From contig DF237335.1 of the NCBI GenBank assembly GCA_000708835.1, positions 23,880-87,879 on the forward strand: a stretch of DNA of 64,000 nucleotides, read 5' to 3'. This DNA comes from Klebsormidium nitens. Its lineage: Eukaryota; Plantae; Klebsormidiophyceae. The notes below the pieces were generated by a model. It was not told the origin of the DNA. It did no database searches and saw only the letters and a list, made by a program, of their open reading frames with translations. The position numbers and the translations under genes are program-made. This document shows, piece after piece, positions 13,201-33,286 of the stretch. Every line of letters starts with the position of its first letter. Positions within the stretch are counted from its first letter, which is position 1.

Positions 13201-14384
13201 GAAATGAGTGCTCGGAATGTGGAAACTCCATTCCAAGTTGACAAATAATTTGCGTCTATCAGTCAAGATGGTAATCATCATAGCCTCAGCTGCAGCGCCG
13301 ACAATGCTGGCCTGACACTTGTTTGCATGTTCTAGAGGGTTCATGCAAAAGAACCTACTTGCTAGGGTTGATCAATGGGAAACCACACAAAAAGGAAGAT
13401 GGGAAACCATACAAAAGGTCTTCCATTTTGTCAACCTGAACAGTAGATGACAGACTGGGTTCAACATGTGTAGCTCAGGCGAACCGAGTGTCTCTTAAGC
13501 TGAACCTAGATCTGGCGCAATCGGCTCTACCGTAGTGTCTAGAACAGGACTGGCTCAAGAGTAACCGTTGGTCTTGCAGCAGCGCACACACAGCATGATG
13601 AGCTCCACGGACAAGATTCCTTGGGTCATGTAATGTAATCCAGGGTGGAGTCAAGGGCTTGCAGTTGTGCAAGTATGGAGAAAAGATCTATTGCACTGAG
13701 GCAAAATATTCAACGGCAAATGTGGGCGCACTGAAGGCAAACTATTCAGCTGCAAATGTGGGCCATCGAAAAGCAGGTGCAGCAAAGAAACAATCTCCTC
13801 TACTCCTTAGGAAGCTCAGCAGAGTCCAGGCATGTTCAAGCCAATCCAGACAAGCAATGCTGCTCTGAGATGAGATTTGAATGCAGCGCCCTGGATTCGT
13901 TGTTGGTTCCTTTAAGCTGATCCCAGATCTGCATGTTCTACATCGAGGGCTGTTGCCAAGAGGCAATGCAGTCACCAGATGCAGCGCCTCCCCTCCCAAG
14001 TCTCTTTGGGATACAGACAACTTTTGATGAAGCGATAAAACAGTCGTAAGCGACATCCAAAGGAACGAAACGAGTAAACAAGAGCACGAGTCTCCGTACC
14101 GCTTTCCTAGGGAGTGACGCTGCACCATTGGCTGCCGCGCTCGCCGCATTCTTAACAATCTGTGTCCCGCTCTTTTTGATTTGCGTCCCGCTCGCTATCT
14201 TCTGGGTGCCGGTGTTTTTCTTGGGAGGAGCTATCTTTTTAGGGATGACTTTTGTGGCCGCCCTGATGGGGGCAAGCCCTCCTTGCGGGCATGCCAAGAT
14301 CTGGTCCCCGCCGACCGCCTTCCTGAAGGCGAAGCCGGAGGGGCTGGCGGCCTGTAGGCTGCTGAGGGCAGCTTGCGACGCCAT
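10213..14384 (-). CDS. DUF1118-family thylakoid membrane protein (RIQ1/RIQ2-like), 4 exons
   Basis: Exons 14384-14100, 12131-12012, 10915-10783, 10388-10213, all phase-consistent. Transit peptide, then [50 protein letters not shown] and two C-terminal TM helices around GPEDS. Confidence 0.88.
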
Positions 14385-15014
14385 TATTCTTCAAGCACGT
14401 CCCCAAAAAGCTGGCGGAGCCTTCTGTAGAGCGCTCACGGAAAGGGAAAGAGAAGTACGAAACAGAGCTCTGAAAGCCACGAAGAACACAATGCGAAGAG
14501 AAGCTTTCAGTGTCACAAGCAAGCGAGCACGATTGAATTGCGGCTATCGCGTAAGAACTTTGTACACGTGGACGCTTAGCATTGCTCGAGAGTTATCCAT
14601 GCGGATTCGCCGGCGCTTCCACACCGCAAACATCCCAGAAGTTTCTGACAATCGGAGCAGGGAATCTCCATTCGACTCTTTCGAGCTTGGCTACGAGTGT
14701 GCCGCAGAAAACGCTGACGCAGCAGCTTCGCGCAATGGCGGAGGTCGACTTCTAGAACTCCACGTTGTTTCAGAAGAAAGGAGCAAAGCAACGTTGCTCA
14801 TTGAAAAGCTTTTCGGCCTTTGCAAGGGCAGCATTTTGTTGGGAGGGGAAGGGGCAGTGCTTGCGCAGAGAAGTTGTTTTTCGCCCCATACGGAGTCTGC
14901 TCGGTTTTTTGTTGAAGTGCGGCGGTGGTGGATAGGTCACTGGTAGTTGAAGAGAACTTGTTTGGTTTTCTGGATTGAATCTTATCAGCGGATTTCTTGC
15001 CAGCTTTTGGAGAC
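14385..15014. promoter_or_regulatory. Shared divergent (bidirectional) promoter/5'UTR interval
   Basis: 630 bp between the ATG of the DUF1118 gene (14384, minus) and the ATG of NTRC (15015, plus). Confidence 0.6.
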
Positions 15015-21115
<6,101 letters not shown>

Positions 21116-22493
21116 CACCCGCTGAGTAGGTAGCTGCGGGTTGGAAAGCTAGCGATGTTGAGGTAGGGACACGATTAGCGTCGGCCACTCCAGTGCTATG
21201 ACAGACTGTACACATAAATTACATTTGAACGCGGGCGCCCTGTCGCCCATATGTGCACTTCGATATGTACAAACCTGATGTACAGCCGCGTGTTGTGCAA
21301 CCAGAGATTTCTTCTACTTCCTCCTAAGATCGGACGTTTTGGAATCATTTTGTGACTTGCTGATCCTGCATGGGTTGGCTACGCTACTTCTCAGAGTATC
21401 AAATCACTTACTGTGAATCGCTGGAGATGCGGACGGCCGAGGCTATTAACTTCTCGATTGGAGAAGGGCTGCGATTCCACAACTGGCACGAACCCCCGAT
21501 CTTGTCTTTGTTGAGTGTGGACGGCAATCTTTTTTCCAAAGCTTATGTCGTTACTAAATGTGATGTTTGCGCCCTCGATGGTTTAACTCACCCGATCGGA
21601 GCTTTTTGAGGACTGAGGATTGGTGCTTATAGTATCAAATCAACTGTAGGTACGCTTTGCATGCAGGCTGTACGGCAGGCTTTTTCGTTTGCTTCTGCAA
21701 TTCAATTGCCTTTGAAGGCAAGTGCGCGGCTTGCTGTTCTTGGATCGCGTTGGCAACTGCGTTTTGAATCAGCTGTGATGGGCCTTTTTGCACTTCTAAA
21801 GATGCAGGAAAATAATTTATATTATCAGGTTCCAGGACCATGCAGCCATGATTGCCAATTTGAGGTGTGGCCTCAACGATGCTCAGAGAAACAAATGAAT
21901 CCATGCGCTTCTAAACTCGTTGCTTCGAGGGCTTAAATGGTTCACGTCAAAGGGCAATCTTGGGTCTTCATTGCCCAAGCGATCGACGTGAATCAGGTCA
22001 TGTGCCAACCTTGCAAATTTTATTTAGAAATCTCGCCTGCTTGCTTTGTCCACCTTGCTAAGTTTCAGTCGCTATCGAGATCTGAGTCGGATGTCATCAC
22101 CCCAGTTTTCAGCCTTTTGGACAAGCGAGCCTGTCGTCTTCCTAACGGGGGAACAATTTTACCTTAGTCATCGAGTAGTCAACTCATGCGCCGCCACTGG
22201 CTGACGCAGCTCTAAACTACGCAGTGCATTCCGTACGTTGCTGTGTGGTTCTTTTTTGCAACTTTCTGTGAGAACTTCGAGTGTTGCATTGTGCGGAGCT
22301 ACGCACATTATCTCTTTCTAGGCCGACTTGAAGCCGAGCGTCTTTGACCTACTTCCAGCACCATCGATGTACGTCAGACTTGGAAATGGATGACCGTTGA
22401 TCAGGACGTTAGCCCTCGGATCTGCGCCGTGCAGTGCTGCAATGCTTCGTTTGCCGGCCAACTCGGCATTCGAGACGTTCTGGACGTCCGAAG

Positions 22494-22610
22494 CAAGTCA
22501 CTTTTAATGTTTAGAAAGCTGCTATGATTTCATTTTCTGGGCTCCCCCGAAACAAGTCACTTTCAATGTCTGGAAAGCAGCTATGATCTAATCTCTGGGC
22601 TCCCCTCAGA
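22494..22610. repeat. ~60-bp two-copy tandem repeat
   Basis: caagtcacttt(t/c)aatgt(t/c)t(a/g)gaaagc(t/a)gctatgat...ctgggctcccc occurs twice. Confidence 0.8.
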
Positions 22611-25090
22611 AGAGTTTGCAGGTGTCTGAAGCTGCGAAAGATCAGTTTCGGCCTCGCGTCAGACCCATCCGTCACCTGGTTTCTCTCCGTCCGGTTCTAA
22701 AGTACTTGGTCTTTTTTTCGCTGACGCTTTTTCAATACACTCGAAACTTTGAATCAGTAACACATCAGGTGCATTTCTTGATAAAACCCTTAGTTTACGT
22801 TTGAGGATGATTCAGGCCTTTCCCTTCTCGAGGAGACGCAGGCGGATGACCTTCCTAGCTAGTCCTACCCCAAGCTCTTCCGACAGAATCTTGAGCCAAA
22901 ACCGACTGTGATTGTACTGGAAGTTTTCCTCTGCTCTCTTCGATCTGTCAACCGTTGGAACAGCTTGAATTGAACGGCCGACAATCCAGTTCAAAGCTTG
23001 CGTCGTTCCATTTGTTTGTTGTATTCGACAGGCAATGAATCACTTTACACCAAAACATCATTTTGGGTTTGAAGCTGCGGCTTGGTATTGAATCTGTTAA
23101 GGCCAAAGCTTAAGATTCAGGAGCTTACAAGACCCTCTGGAACAATTCCGTTTACAAATGGACTTTTCTTTTTAGACAGTTGCCAATTACGTGACTATAA
23201 GCCTGAATACTCTTTTTCTCTGAATCATCCAGCGATCTGCTAATCAAATGGAAAGAACACACTCACTTCAAGCTGCCTGGCGAAAGTGTGCAGCAGCCTT
23301 GCGCCCACGTGCTCCTTGACCTTCACACCTTTGTGTCGAGGGCATTTTGCGGGTCGGTCTGTCATCCTCTCGGTCAAACCATGAGCACTGATTTCGCGTA
23401 ACCCTCGTAAAAGGGTGGCCCAGTATCATCATCCAATCGAAAAGTTTCGCCCACGCTGATTCGAAAGCGGGGGTACCGCTCTGAATCCTCTTTCACGTTA
23501 TCTCGGTACTTGAATTTCAAAATTCCATTTTAGATTGGCCGTGACGGAATGACCTCGTGAGGTGCCTCTTCATGAACGGCACAAACCTCTCTTCTTGATG
23601 CCAGCTGTGGCCCCGAGTCCTCTTCTTTGCTAGTGAAGCAGCCGTATCAACCTTTTTCGGAAATTTTCAGGCCTTTTTGGGGAGGGTAGCGACTCTTTTA
23701 ACGCTTGCGCGCTGAAGGTGGATTCATCACCCGTTCAAAACTTGTCTCAGGAGGCACGGTCGACCCGTTCTCAAGTGAGTCAGCCTGAATTTTGTAAGTC
23801 TACCAAGGGGAAGGACTGAGAGCTTGGCCTCTGATGCCGTTGAATGCGTTTGCTGTTTCTCTCGGTAGATGTAACCGTGTCAAATTAAGCGGTTCTCATA
23901 AACAAAGCAGGCAGGCCACAGCCTATTCGGAAGGAGCCCCATGCGGGCTTTTCAAACTTTGTTTGTTTTCTTTTCTCAGACCTTTTGCTCGATCCTCATA
24001 CTAAGAAGTTATCTGATTCCCTGTGGCAAGGAAGACATGTCAACCCGGTTTTGCAGGCCACCTGCGACCAGCCGTGTCTGAAGCCACAGTCTTGAAAGAG
24101 CACTGAAGAACGTCTCAATTTTCTTCGTATTCAGCTGCCGACACGACATTCTGAATTGGGACCTGTTAATTTGATTCGATCATCGAGAAATAAAACTGGT
24201 GCTAAATCTAACTGACCTCTTTCCTTTCTTTTCCGGTTACGTCTTGACATTCCAGACCCACAGTGCCCTTCTCCTTCGCATGCTGTTCCAAGTTCTAAGA
24301 GCATACTTCTCGTTTCTGTACAATCATCCCACCAAGCGAGGTTCAAACGAGACACTTATGCGACTCCGAGATTCCACTTCTATCTTTGAAGCTTATGCTG
24401 CAGTTTCTCAAGGTCTTTCAATGCCTAGACGCCTTGCGGACGAGGCTCTTGCGAAACCTTGCGCTTCGGCCATTTCTCTCGCTCTCAAATTGCGCGTATC
24501 CTGAATAGGCGATGACTGCAAGTGCGGACCGTCTTGAGGGTCACCTCAAGACAAGATCAACGCGATCAGGACGCTTTTCTGGATTTCAGAGTGCTATAGG
24601 AGTTGCACTGTTCGCTAGAAAAACCTTGGCAGTACGCTTTGACCTTATTGGGTTTGCCCCCGTGACGCCTGCGCTGAGTCGGCCTGCAAGTCCTGCGACC
24701 GCCCACGTCATGGAAGGACGTGGCAGTCTGCATCCAAAGTGCCACGTCATGCAAACACCCTGGCGCTGCTCTAGGTCGGACCTCGCGTCGTGGAGCTGAT
24801 CATTTGAGTCACACCGGGACTCGCAAGCCGCCCCTGTGTCAGAATGTTAGTCCTGACTTTTTCTTGAAAGGTCGCTGGCACTCAGGTAGCAGCTCGTTCT
24901 CCCCCGAACGCTCAACATTGCTTGATGAAGTGACGGCTCAAAAAACGTGTGTACACTCTGTCATGTCGCCTTTTTGCAACTTAGATCCACGCAGCAAGCT
25001 GAACTGCCATTTTCGACGCTCTCTGTCTTTGTGCACCTAGCTCGTAAACATCTGCGCTTACTGGCGCCCGCATGCGAATCTCACGTGACC

Positions 25091-28000
25091 AGCAATGATT
25101 GCAATTCCCGGGCTGACGTCACGACTCCCCTCAGCAGTGTTTATTTGGATCCGGAACAGTGATGCTGCTCGCGATATGCATCAGGGTCTTCGCGCCCCTA
25201 GGCATCTACCACTTCGTTCTGATTTCTGACATCAACCTGCCCTTACTCAGGTCCTTCGGAAAACGGAACGTCTGCTCTGATTACGGCGATGATCACGACT
25301 GCCCATCTGAGATCCCAAATTTGGGAAAGGAAATGTCTACTCTTCAGTTTGAATCATTTGGTTTGGAGCTAACAATCTGAAAGTTTGCATGCGGATCCGT
25401 ACGCTTGCCGAGTTTGACTTGCCCGCCTTCGTGTCATCAAAATCCCGCTCATCCTGGCAGGTAACGTTTAGAACCAGCGAGGATTGCGATATATAGGTCG
25501 AGGTTTCGCCTCAACACGAAGACCCAACTCTATGACGCTAGCTCTGTTCCTTTGCTGATCGCTATTTGCTTTACATTCGTTTGATTGCCTGAAAACTTGG
25601 TCATTGTGATGCGAATCGCCCCATCATGCAGTCTTTCATCTGCACGTGACGCGGCTTGCAAATCGGAGTTACTTTTCCAACTCGCCCTTTCCCGGGCAGG
25701 CTGAAACAGTCTGCTATGTCGTCATTGCAGACCTACATAAGTCAAATCTGCTGACAAACAAAACCAGTGACTAGTAGCTGCTCTACCCCCGCCAAGGTGA
25801 CCTTCAAAACAACCGTCCAATTCTTACATTCTCAGAATGCGCGCGCTTTTGAACTGCCGCAAGAATCCCCGTTCTTGAAGTGAAGTTTCTGAGTTCTCGA
25901 GACTGTCAAGAAGATCATGCACCAGCAATGATAGCCTTGTGGCTGTGAGGGATACACTCACGACAGCTCTGTTAGTCTACTTGACGCTGTTGTTATCCGG
26001 ACCGGCAGGCCATATCAGCAAAAGTGTCACGACCTTTCAATTGAGACGTCTTCATGCACTGAACGTTGTTTTTCTCGGCTATACGTATCCATAAGAGTCG
26101 GAGCGGGTTTGGGCGTTCCTTTGTTGCCTTTCTCAGCCCGCATGACGCCTTGAGAAAGGCGTACAAGGAAGCCTCGCACGGCTTCGAGGCATCCGAATTT
26201 TCCTCGATGGATAACAGTCGCCATGCCGTTTGACCAACTGATTCCGATCAGGGCAGTCGATTGAGTGCGTCGTCCGCTAGCAGTGAAGCGTTCCCGTATT
26301 CCACTTTCTTCGAAGAATCTATTTTGAGACCTCTACTCCCGCCTGATGGCTCAGGGTGAGAGTAAGAGGACCTTCACGGTGTGTTTTCTGGTTGGCGAAA
26401 ATCGGTTGGCTTTTCTCCTACGAGTGCCCAACGCTGCTTGGAGTAACCGATCAATTTCCAAAATTGTTGCGTAGAGGCTCTGATGGCAGCTCGACATGCA
26501 TGACGAATCTGCCGTCAACAAGCTAGAGCTCTTAAGCTCTAGCTCTCTCTCCCTGCACCTGTCTCGATAAGAAAATGCACTCATCGTTGCCCTGCATGCA
26601 AGTCCCACCCGACGAGCAATGATTGCAAATCTGCTGGGCTGAGGTCTCGTGCCACCTCAGCCGCTGTAGTGTACCCGACCTGACGCTGCTCGTATCATTA
26701 TTGGAGTCCACGGGCCTGGCTTTTCTTTCATCATTGCCCTAAAAAGAGTGTTCTGATTGTGTCCAATATCGCCCCCGTCCTCAACCCGTCCTCAATATCC
26801 CAGTTTTTCGAATCATAATCGCCTATCTCATGAGGCCCCACGTCTTGGGCAGACGCAGGTCTATTTTCAGTCTTGGTCATACTTGTTAAAACTGTCACTC
26901 TGTTCCGGATTTTGCCTGCCGACGTCTTGGCTTGTTCCGAGATAGTCCTGGCCCGGGGACTTGCCGTCAATGGAACCGCTGCATGGAAATAGAGCCGGCA
27001 GTTTGCATGAAAGGTCCTCTCGTTCCGAGGTGAATGGCACGCTTCGTTGAGGTGTTTGCTCAAACATACGTAACATCGATCTTCGTGAGGCGCGCTTTAT
27101 AGGAACAGCCTGCCCGTTCTAGCCAGGTTGTAGTAGAATGAGCGATGATTGCCTCCATATTTTGAAGCTGAGGTGTCACCTCAGTAGCATTTGGTGCGAA
27201 GCAATGACGCTACCTCATTCATTGTCTTCTTCCAAAGATCTGGTGATATCCGGCTCCCGTTGCTTGATAAGCTGACAAATACAGCTGTAATGGCCCAATC
27301 TGCACCAACAAACGGCTTCAAGTTTCCGTTTAACCTTCCCAGGCTGGCGGGCTCGGCCGATCAGTCCGCAGAGATCAGTGGGTGCACAGTCAGTTCCGAG
27401 ATCAATCATTTGCTGAGAGATCAGAGCTGCGGCAGAAGTCAGCTGCTGCATGACCTCCCGTTGTGGGTCCAACGCCTAATTTCCTCAGCATGTGCGCCGC
27501 GTTTTTGATTTTAAGGAACTAGGAACCTGTCTTCATATATGTCGAGGTCTCTTTGATTGAGATTGAAAGGAGGTCTCCACCAGCAATGATTGCACCAGTA
27601 CGAATTGAGGGGTCACTTTTAGCCATCAGTCTACTTCGTGCGGGACGCAGTCGCTGCTCGGAATCCTCGAAAGCACACACGCAATCGTTCCTGACCGTAA
27701 TCTTCGCTGGTCTGAAAACCAGACTTCATGGGACGGAATCCAGCATCTGTGTGCGCTTAGGAGGGCCATTGGGTTTCGTGAGTAGTGTTCCGCAAGGTGT
27801 TGATGCGTCGTATTTGAAGTCTCGGATGCAGTACACACGAGATGCTGCGTAACGCTCGTTCTACGTTCGTCCCAAGAAAGCGGAAAGCGGCACATTTTGC
27901 TCGTCCAATGAGTCCTTTCGGAAGAGCGCTTCATTCAATCCATCTTTGGTTCTCGTGTGGCCATGATAACATTGTGCGTTTCTGGATTCACCAGAAGCTC

Positions 28001-29032
28001 TGCCTGAGAAGATCTGATGCCGTAAGCAAGTGCATCACTCGGACATCCAATCCGTATCTTTGGAAGCTCTCCGGCCTTTTTTCCCTACTACTGTTGCAAT
28101 GTCATCGAAGCGGTACCCACTTTCTCGAAGGGCTCGTCCATCCAGTGTCTGCCCGAGAGAAATACTCACCGACTTGCTCTTTGCATCCGATGTTCAAGCT
28201 GCGGTTCTTTACAAGACGGCTTCGTTTCCTCAAAACAACTAGTTTCTCGACCCGACTGTAGCTTCTTATCTGGTTTGATTCAGCGCCTCTACCTGGTAAG
28301 CTTCGAACGACGTTGGAGGGCAGCCGGGATAGGCAATCGATTGAGGTATCGTTGTTCCATTACCAAAAGTAGCTCGAGTTTGAAATCTTTGAAGCTGCCC
28401 ATTGAGGCGAAAGCAGTGCGCCAGGCAGAAAGTGAGGACGGCCGTTGATCTTGTTTGAACCACGATACTTTTTGCCGCTGATATTCAGGAATTTTGCGCA
28501 TGGTGCTGAGAGGCGGACTGATCAGCCGTGCAAGTCGCCCGCCTGAGTTGGTTTGAAAGGAAAAGCTATCTGGAGACCCACATCACACTCCCCTCCCCGG
28601 TAAATTGACGCCTAAAAGGCGCCAATAAGGCCGTGCCAAGCAGTTGCGTTTGACTTGCTTAGAAACGTTCGCTTCCTGTTTTCGATCTATGGCCCACCTT
28701 GAATACTCAGGCATAATGGACGCCCGCGAGTCCTGTGCCGACTGGCGTCGCTTTGTCACCCAGGGCCTTAATGATGCCCTTTCAACGCGAAACATTTGCG
28801 TTAGTTGGTGCGAATTAAACTGAACGTGGGCACCCTTTTGGCCCGTAAAAGGCACCAGTCTGTCTGGGGGTAATGTTTCTGATGGCAGAAGCAGGAACCA
28901 TGATCCCTAAAAGCGTTTGTGCGACCTATATCGGTCGGCATTTGGCGGTCGTTCAAATCTGATTCAGCCCTGATCTGGTATAGTTCAACCGGGACGCAGC
29001 GATGATTGCGCTGCCATTGAGGCACAACCTCA
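25091..29032 (+). repeat. Dispersed motif family AGCRATGATWGC, usually followed by a TGAG-stem hairpin (6 copies)
   Basis: 12-mer at 25091, 25924, 26615, 27141, 27582 and 28998. Hairpins include GCTGAGGT..ACCTCAGC at 26638-26661 and CTGAGGTG-T-CACCTCAG at 27168-27184. Confidence 0.7.
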
Positions 29033-30633
29033 TTGAGGGGATTACCAGGCCGTTTGAAGCTGCGGCGTGGCTACTCGACATTTATCGCGTCGAGGAGTGC
29101 AGATTGTCTCATCGGGTCTGTTCATACCTTTCCTTTTCACTTAGAACGTGAACATGTTCTCCTCTGACACCACGGCGACCCAGAAAGGATTAGGCATTGA
29201 GCCCCGCTATTCATGCAGCTCGGGATAAATATATCGCCCTTTCCCCGTCGACGACTGTCCCTTCAGCTACTCCTTTTTTGATCTGCATCGGGATTGGCGC
29301 CGATGTTCATATATGCGGCGGCAGACTGGTATCTTCGAGAGCAAGCCTGGCGTACGGTCAGAAGGAATCAAGGCACTCTCTTGCATACGGCATGCCGATC
29401 TCTTGCCAAACTTTAGGTGCAAATCCTCCCTCTGCTTCAAAGCTTGCACTGGGCGCCTTTCGGTCGCAGCCTAGTTCACGCGTTTCTTCGACTAACACCG
29501 ATCTTGCCCGCAAAATCGCGTCAAACAAACGGATCTTGACGTCCCCAAGTCCAGCAACGGTTTCGTGTCAGAAGCTCTGATTCAATCTGGCTTTGTTTGT
29601 ATTAAAGCGCCGTTAAGTCATCTGCTGTTTTGAGCGTTTGGGGATGCTGAAGGATTACAAGTGGCCGTAAAACGCCATTGCGCTTCTTTGTAACCCTCAA
29701 CTAGCTCCGTGCATGATGATAACAAAACAATGGCGTGCGGTGGCCGCTTGTCAAAGCTGGTTTTGCAAGACTGTGTTGTTCTTCCCTTGTGCTGGCTCGG
29801 TCAAAACGGGCTCCAAGTATCTCAGCAATGAAAGCAAGACTTTGAGGGTTCACCTCAAAGTCACAAGGCTCTTGCTCGCCTTCGGAGCTGCTCAAAATAC
29901 CTGCGTGCGTATCTTGAATCCCTACAGCACAAGTTAAGCCGTCTTCCACATTGTAGATGAAATAAAAGCCGTCATCCTGTAGGACTAGCCGTGTTCCTTT
30001 GAACCCACTGAAGTCCGCTTCGCTTCGCGCAAGGTGGGTTGCAGTATTTCGCCTACATGCAAGCCGTGCCACGACAACGCGCGGCTTTCAATCTGGACAA
30101 GGACGCGCTGCTGCAATGCTTCATTTTCCGGGCAACCGGATTAGTGTGGGCGGATTTCCAGATTGTGATTTCCAAGTTGCTCAGCAGAATGGTATCACGA
30201 AAAGCGCTGCGAGCGAGGCCCTCTCAATTGACCCAACTTCCCGCAACTTCCCAGGTTCAGTCTCTCCTTAAAGAATCTGCAGTTTGTTCAGTGTTCTTAA
30301 CCAATTTTCGTCGCCGTTCGGTCTTGCGGTGCTCGCTTTTCACGATCGGAGCAACGGGTCTTGGAAGGGAAATTACCCCATGCTCCCAGTCCGTGCTGGC
30401 TATCCAGGAACCCATTATATGAGATGGATTATTTTGTTTCGTCAATGTGGGGAAGCTTGAAATGGCAGGCAAAGGCGCTTTGGAAACGGAGCCAGAACGT
30501 CTGATTGGCACTGGCGAGGAAATGACTTAATACGTGGTTCGACTTTTGAAGCAATTCAGATTCTGCTGTCTCTCAGAGCCAGTTCAAACAGAACGGGTTC
30601 CGCTGAAAGGCGCGGGAAATACCGGTTTGGATG

Positions 30634-30741
30634 CTCAGAGGCCCAGAATCTTCTATGGTGCACGCGGTGCCTGATGCGGCCGTACGCGCGCGCGCTCAGC
30701 GCGCGTAGTGGCCGCGCCTCATCTACTGAACAAAATACTCC
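30634..30741 (+). repeat. ~110-bp CG-rich dispersed repeat, copy 1 (copy 2 at 34028-34126)
   Basis: ctat-g-cacgcgg(t/c)gcctga(t/c)gcggccg...gcgcgcg...caaaa(t/c)actcc is shared between the copies. Confidence 0.65.
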
Positions 30742-32953
30742 CGCAGTACATGTTTGTAAACGCCAAGGATGTTTGGAAGATTGGGTGACTGGCAAAACAG
30801 ACTGCCGCGGACAAACTTGACCATCTGAATGCGCCGCCAGCAGTATCTTATGCAAAGATTCAAAAACGACAACTATGAGTCGAAGGACCGACGCGGTGCG
30901 GCCGCCCGCTGAATTCAGTGATCCCAATGGGATTTTACTCAGCCCGAAGCGATCTATACGTGCTTCAATCCATCCGTAGAAATTACCAGGGTGAGTCCGG
31001 GATACAGCGGTTAAGTCAGATACAACGACTAGCGCTAAGTGCGTACGTAAGAGAAGGCCGCGCAACTACGTGTGCGCGCACGTGAGTGGGCAAGTGCGCG
31101 CGCGCGCGCGCGTGCGTGCTGCGCACTGAGAACATCCTATGTGGCTGGCGAGAACAGTGCCCAAGCGATTAATAGCCATCTGAACCATCAAGCACACTCT
31201 GTATCTCGTGCGTCGGAAAGCATCCTGGCTTACACAAGCCGAGAATAGCCGTTTCCCTTCTCAATCAGCTTGAACGTCCAACATAATTACGGCATCTGCT
31301 GATAAATTGTTTTAGAAAGTCGCGATTATACCTTTACGTCAGCGTGACTGAAATTAATCGGACATGCGGAAGATTCGAAGGCGCTTCTTGTTTATCACCG
31401 GCGTCCGCTGTTGGCGCGGCAGTGATGGGAGACGGCAATTGGTCGCCAAAGTCCGGGAGAAATCCTGTCCTGATGCCACGTGTCACGAACAGTGCGCTCG
31501 AAGATGCCAGCGTTCTGTACGACGTAGCGGGACGTAAAGCAGTTGAATACTGAGATTACAACAGCCAGCTCTATGCAGTTCTTCTTCAGGGACGTGCTAC
31601 TAACACCCTTGGTTACAACGTCCTGTTGCTGATTAATTTCGCACCCTGATTCAAAACACGATGTCGGTTTCCTCGGGCTTTTGTGTGCGTGCACGCTACC
31701 TAGCAAACCCAACTCATCCTCTGTGACGTCTTCCATCAGCTTGCGGTCCAGTTTTACCTTTTTCCCATGAACTGGGAAGAGCTGTGCGCTTCAAGTGCCA
31801 AGCTTTTATCACACCAGATTATATTCGAGCGCTGGCACTCACTTATGCAAAGTCTATAGTGTTCACGAAGTCTGAGCTAGCGCACAGCTGGTCAATAATT
31901 GCATCTATATGAAATCAAATAGATTGCATATACAAGCCAATCATACCCTCTTTTCAAGAAAGTCCATCGAGCGCTCGAGGATAATGAGTGCTCCAAATTA
32001 TATTGGATCGACGCTTTTTTAGTGTACGCCGAAGTTTAACTAGAGCTGTACGTGCTGGGATGCCAGCCCACGTAAGTAGGCAAACTGATCCACTTACGTA
32101 TACGGGCCACCTAATAACTAGAAAAAGGACGGAAATTTTTTCTCGCTGCCTCTCGTTCCTTTGAGGTGGGCGTCGAACTTCATAACAAGTTAATAAATTT
32201 GGTCCCAGGGGCGGGTCAAAGCAAAGAGACCACTAGTGAGCCGTTACAATAAATCCAGCCGTTCAATGAGCACCGTCCTGATTGCCACTGATTCGATTAC
32301 AAGATAAAAGGAGACGCCCACTCTCACTTAAAAGGCATCAGGCCTTGTGCGCGCGCGGATGTTGGCAATGAAGGGCCCAACTCGTTGCTGACAAAGACTT
32401 CAAGGCCAAGAGTCCGTGTACGTAGGTAATGGGCTCATCCGCTTTATTTTTGACAAGAATGACACGTCACGTTTTGCTGGCCTTCTTGAAGGCCACAGAT
32501 GTCAGACGATGCCACGTGACTCCCTAGAGTCATCAAAACGAAATTGTACGGGGGTGCCCGTCATTGCTTCGATTACCTTGATCAAGCTGACTTTACTAGC
32601 GCGACAGCTGCCGTCACACGTCGAGCGCTTTTTGACTCGCAGCGGCGAGGCGTTTGAAGTCTAGGGACTTTCCGTGAGGCACTTTGAACAGCGGATTCAG
32701 AAATTCAGCGAGAGGACTTAGTGCGAGATCGACACACTCAAACCAGCTGGTGTGGCCAGCTGTGTTCGCGAATATGTACGCTTACCATTGTGCGGGCGTG
32801 TAAATGTACTGCACCATTATTGGACGTGCGCCCTGACAGGTTCGCGGTCAAACGAAAGCAAGAAACCATAGTCATGCTCCCGCAAAAAATGCTGGTCGAC
32901 TTGTCTTGAACGGTCCTGCTGCGTTCAATCGCGTTGCAGACAGGAACCAACCA

Positions 32954-33286
32954 AGCGTCAGCGATTCGGACGCCTTTTGGTTCGAACCCCGTCCGGACGG
33001 CTGGCATCAAATATAGAATGAAAGCCCACTTTGGATTCCGGACGCTAAGCCAGACATTTCTTTTGCTTTCGGACGAGGTCGCGACCGAGACTCCCGCCTC
33101 TGGGAAATTATTTATCGCCCCCGTGGTTGAATACGGAGTACGGTTCATATTTCTAGTCATCCGTCAATTCGGACGCTATCCGCCAACACTGTCTTGCGTC
33201 CGACTGACGGCACATTCGATCAATCCTGGAGACCGGACCGAGGTTGGCCAGAGACCCGCACGCGCGCGGCCGCTTCGTGGGCCACC
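32954..33286 (+). repeat. ~340-bp diverged dispersed repeat, copy 1
   Basis: Colinear with 36214-36561: agcgtcagcgatt, repeated ttcggacg, gtcgcgaccga, gttgaatacggag, ggacgct.tccgccaac, gagacccgc.cgcgcg, gcttcgtgggccacc. Confidence 0.8.

Noticed and set aside
14128-14946. 272-aa plus-strand ORF
   Set aside because: Antisense to DUF1118 exon 1 and the shared promoter; no recognisable motifs.
32960-33000. tRNA gene around GGTTCGAACCCC
   Set aside because: No cloverleaf or A box can be built around it.
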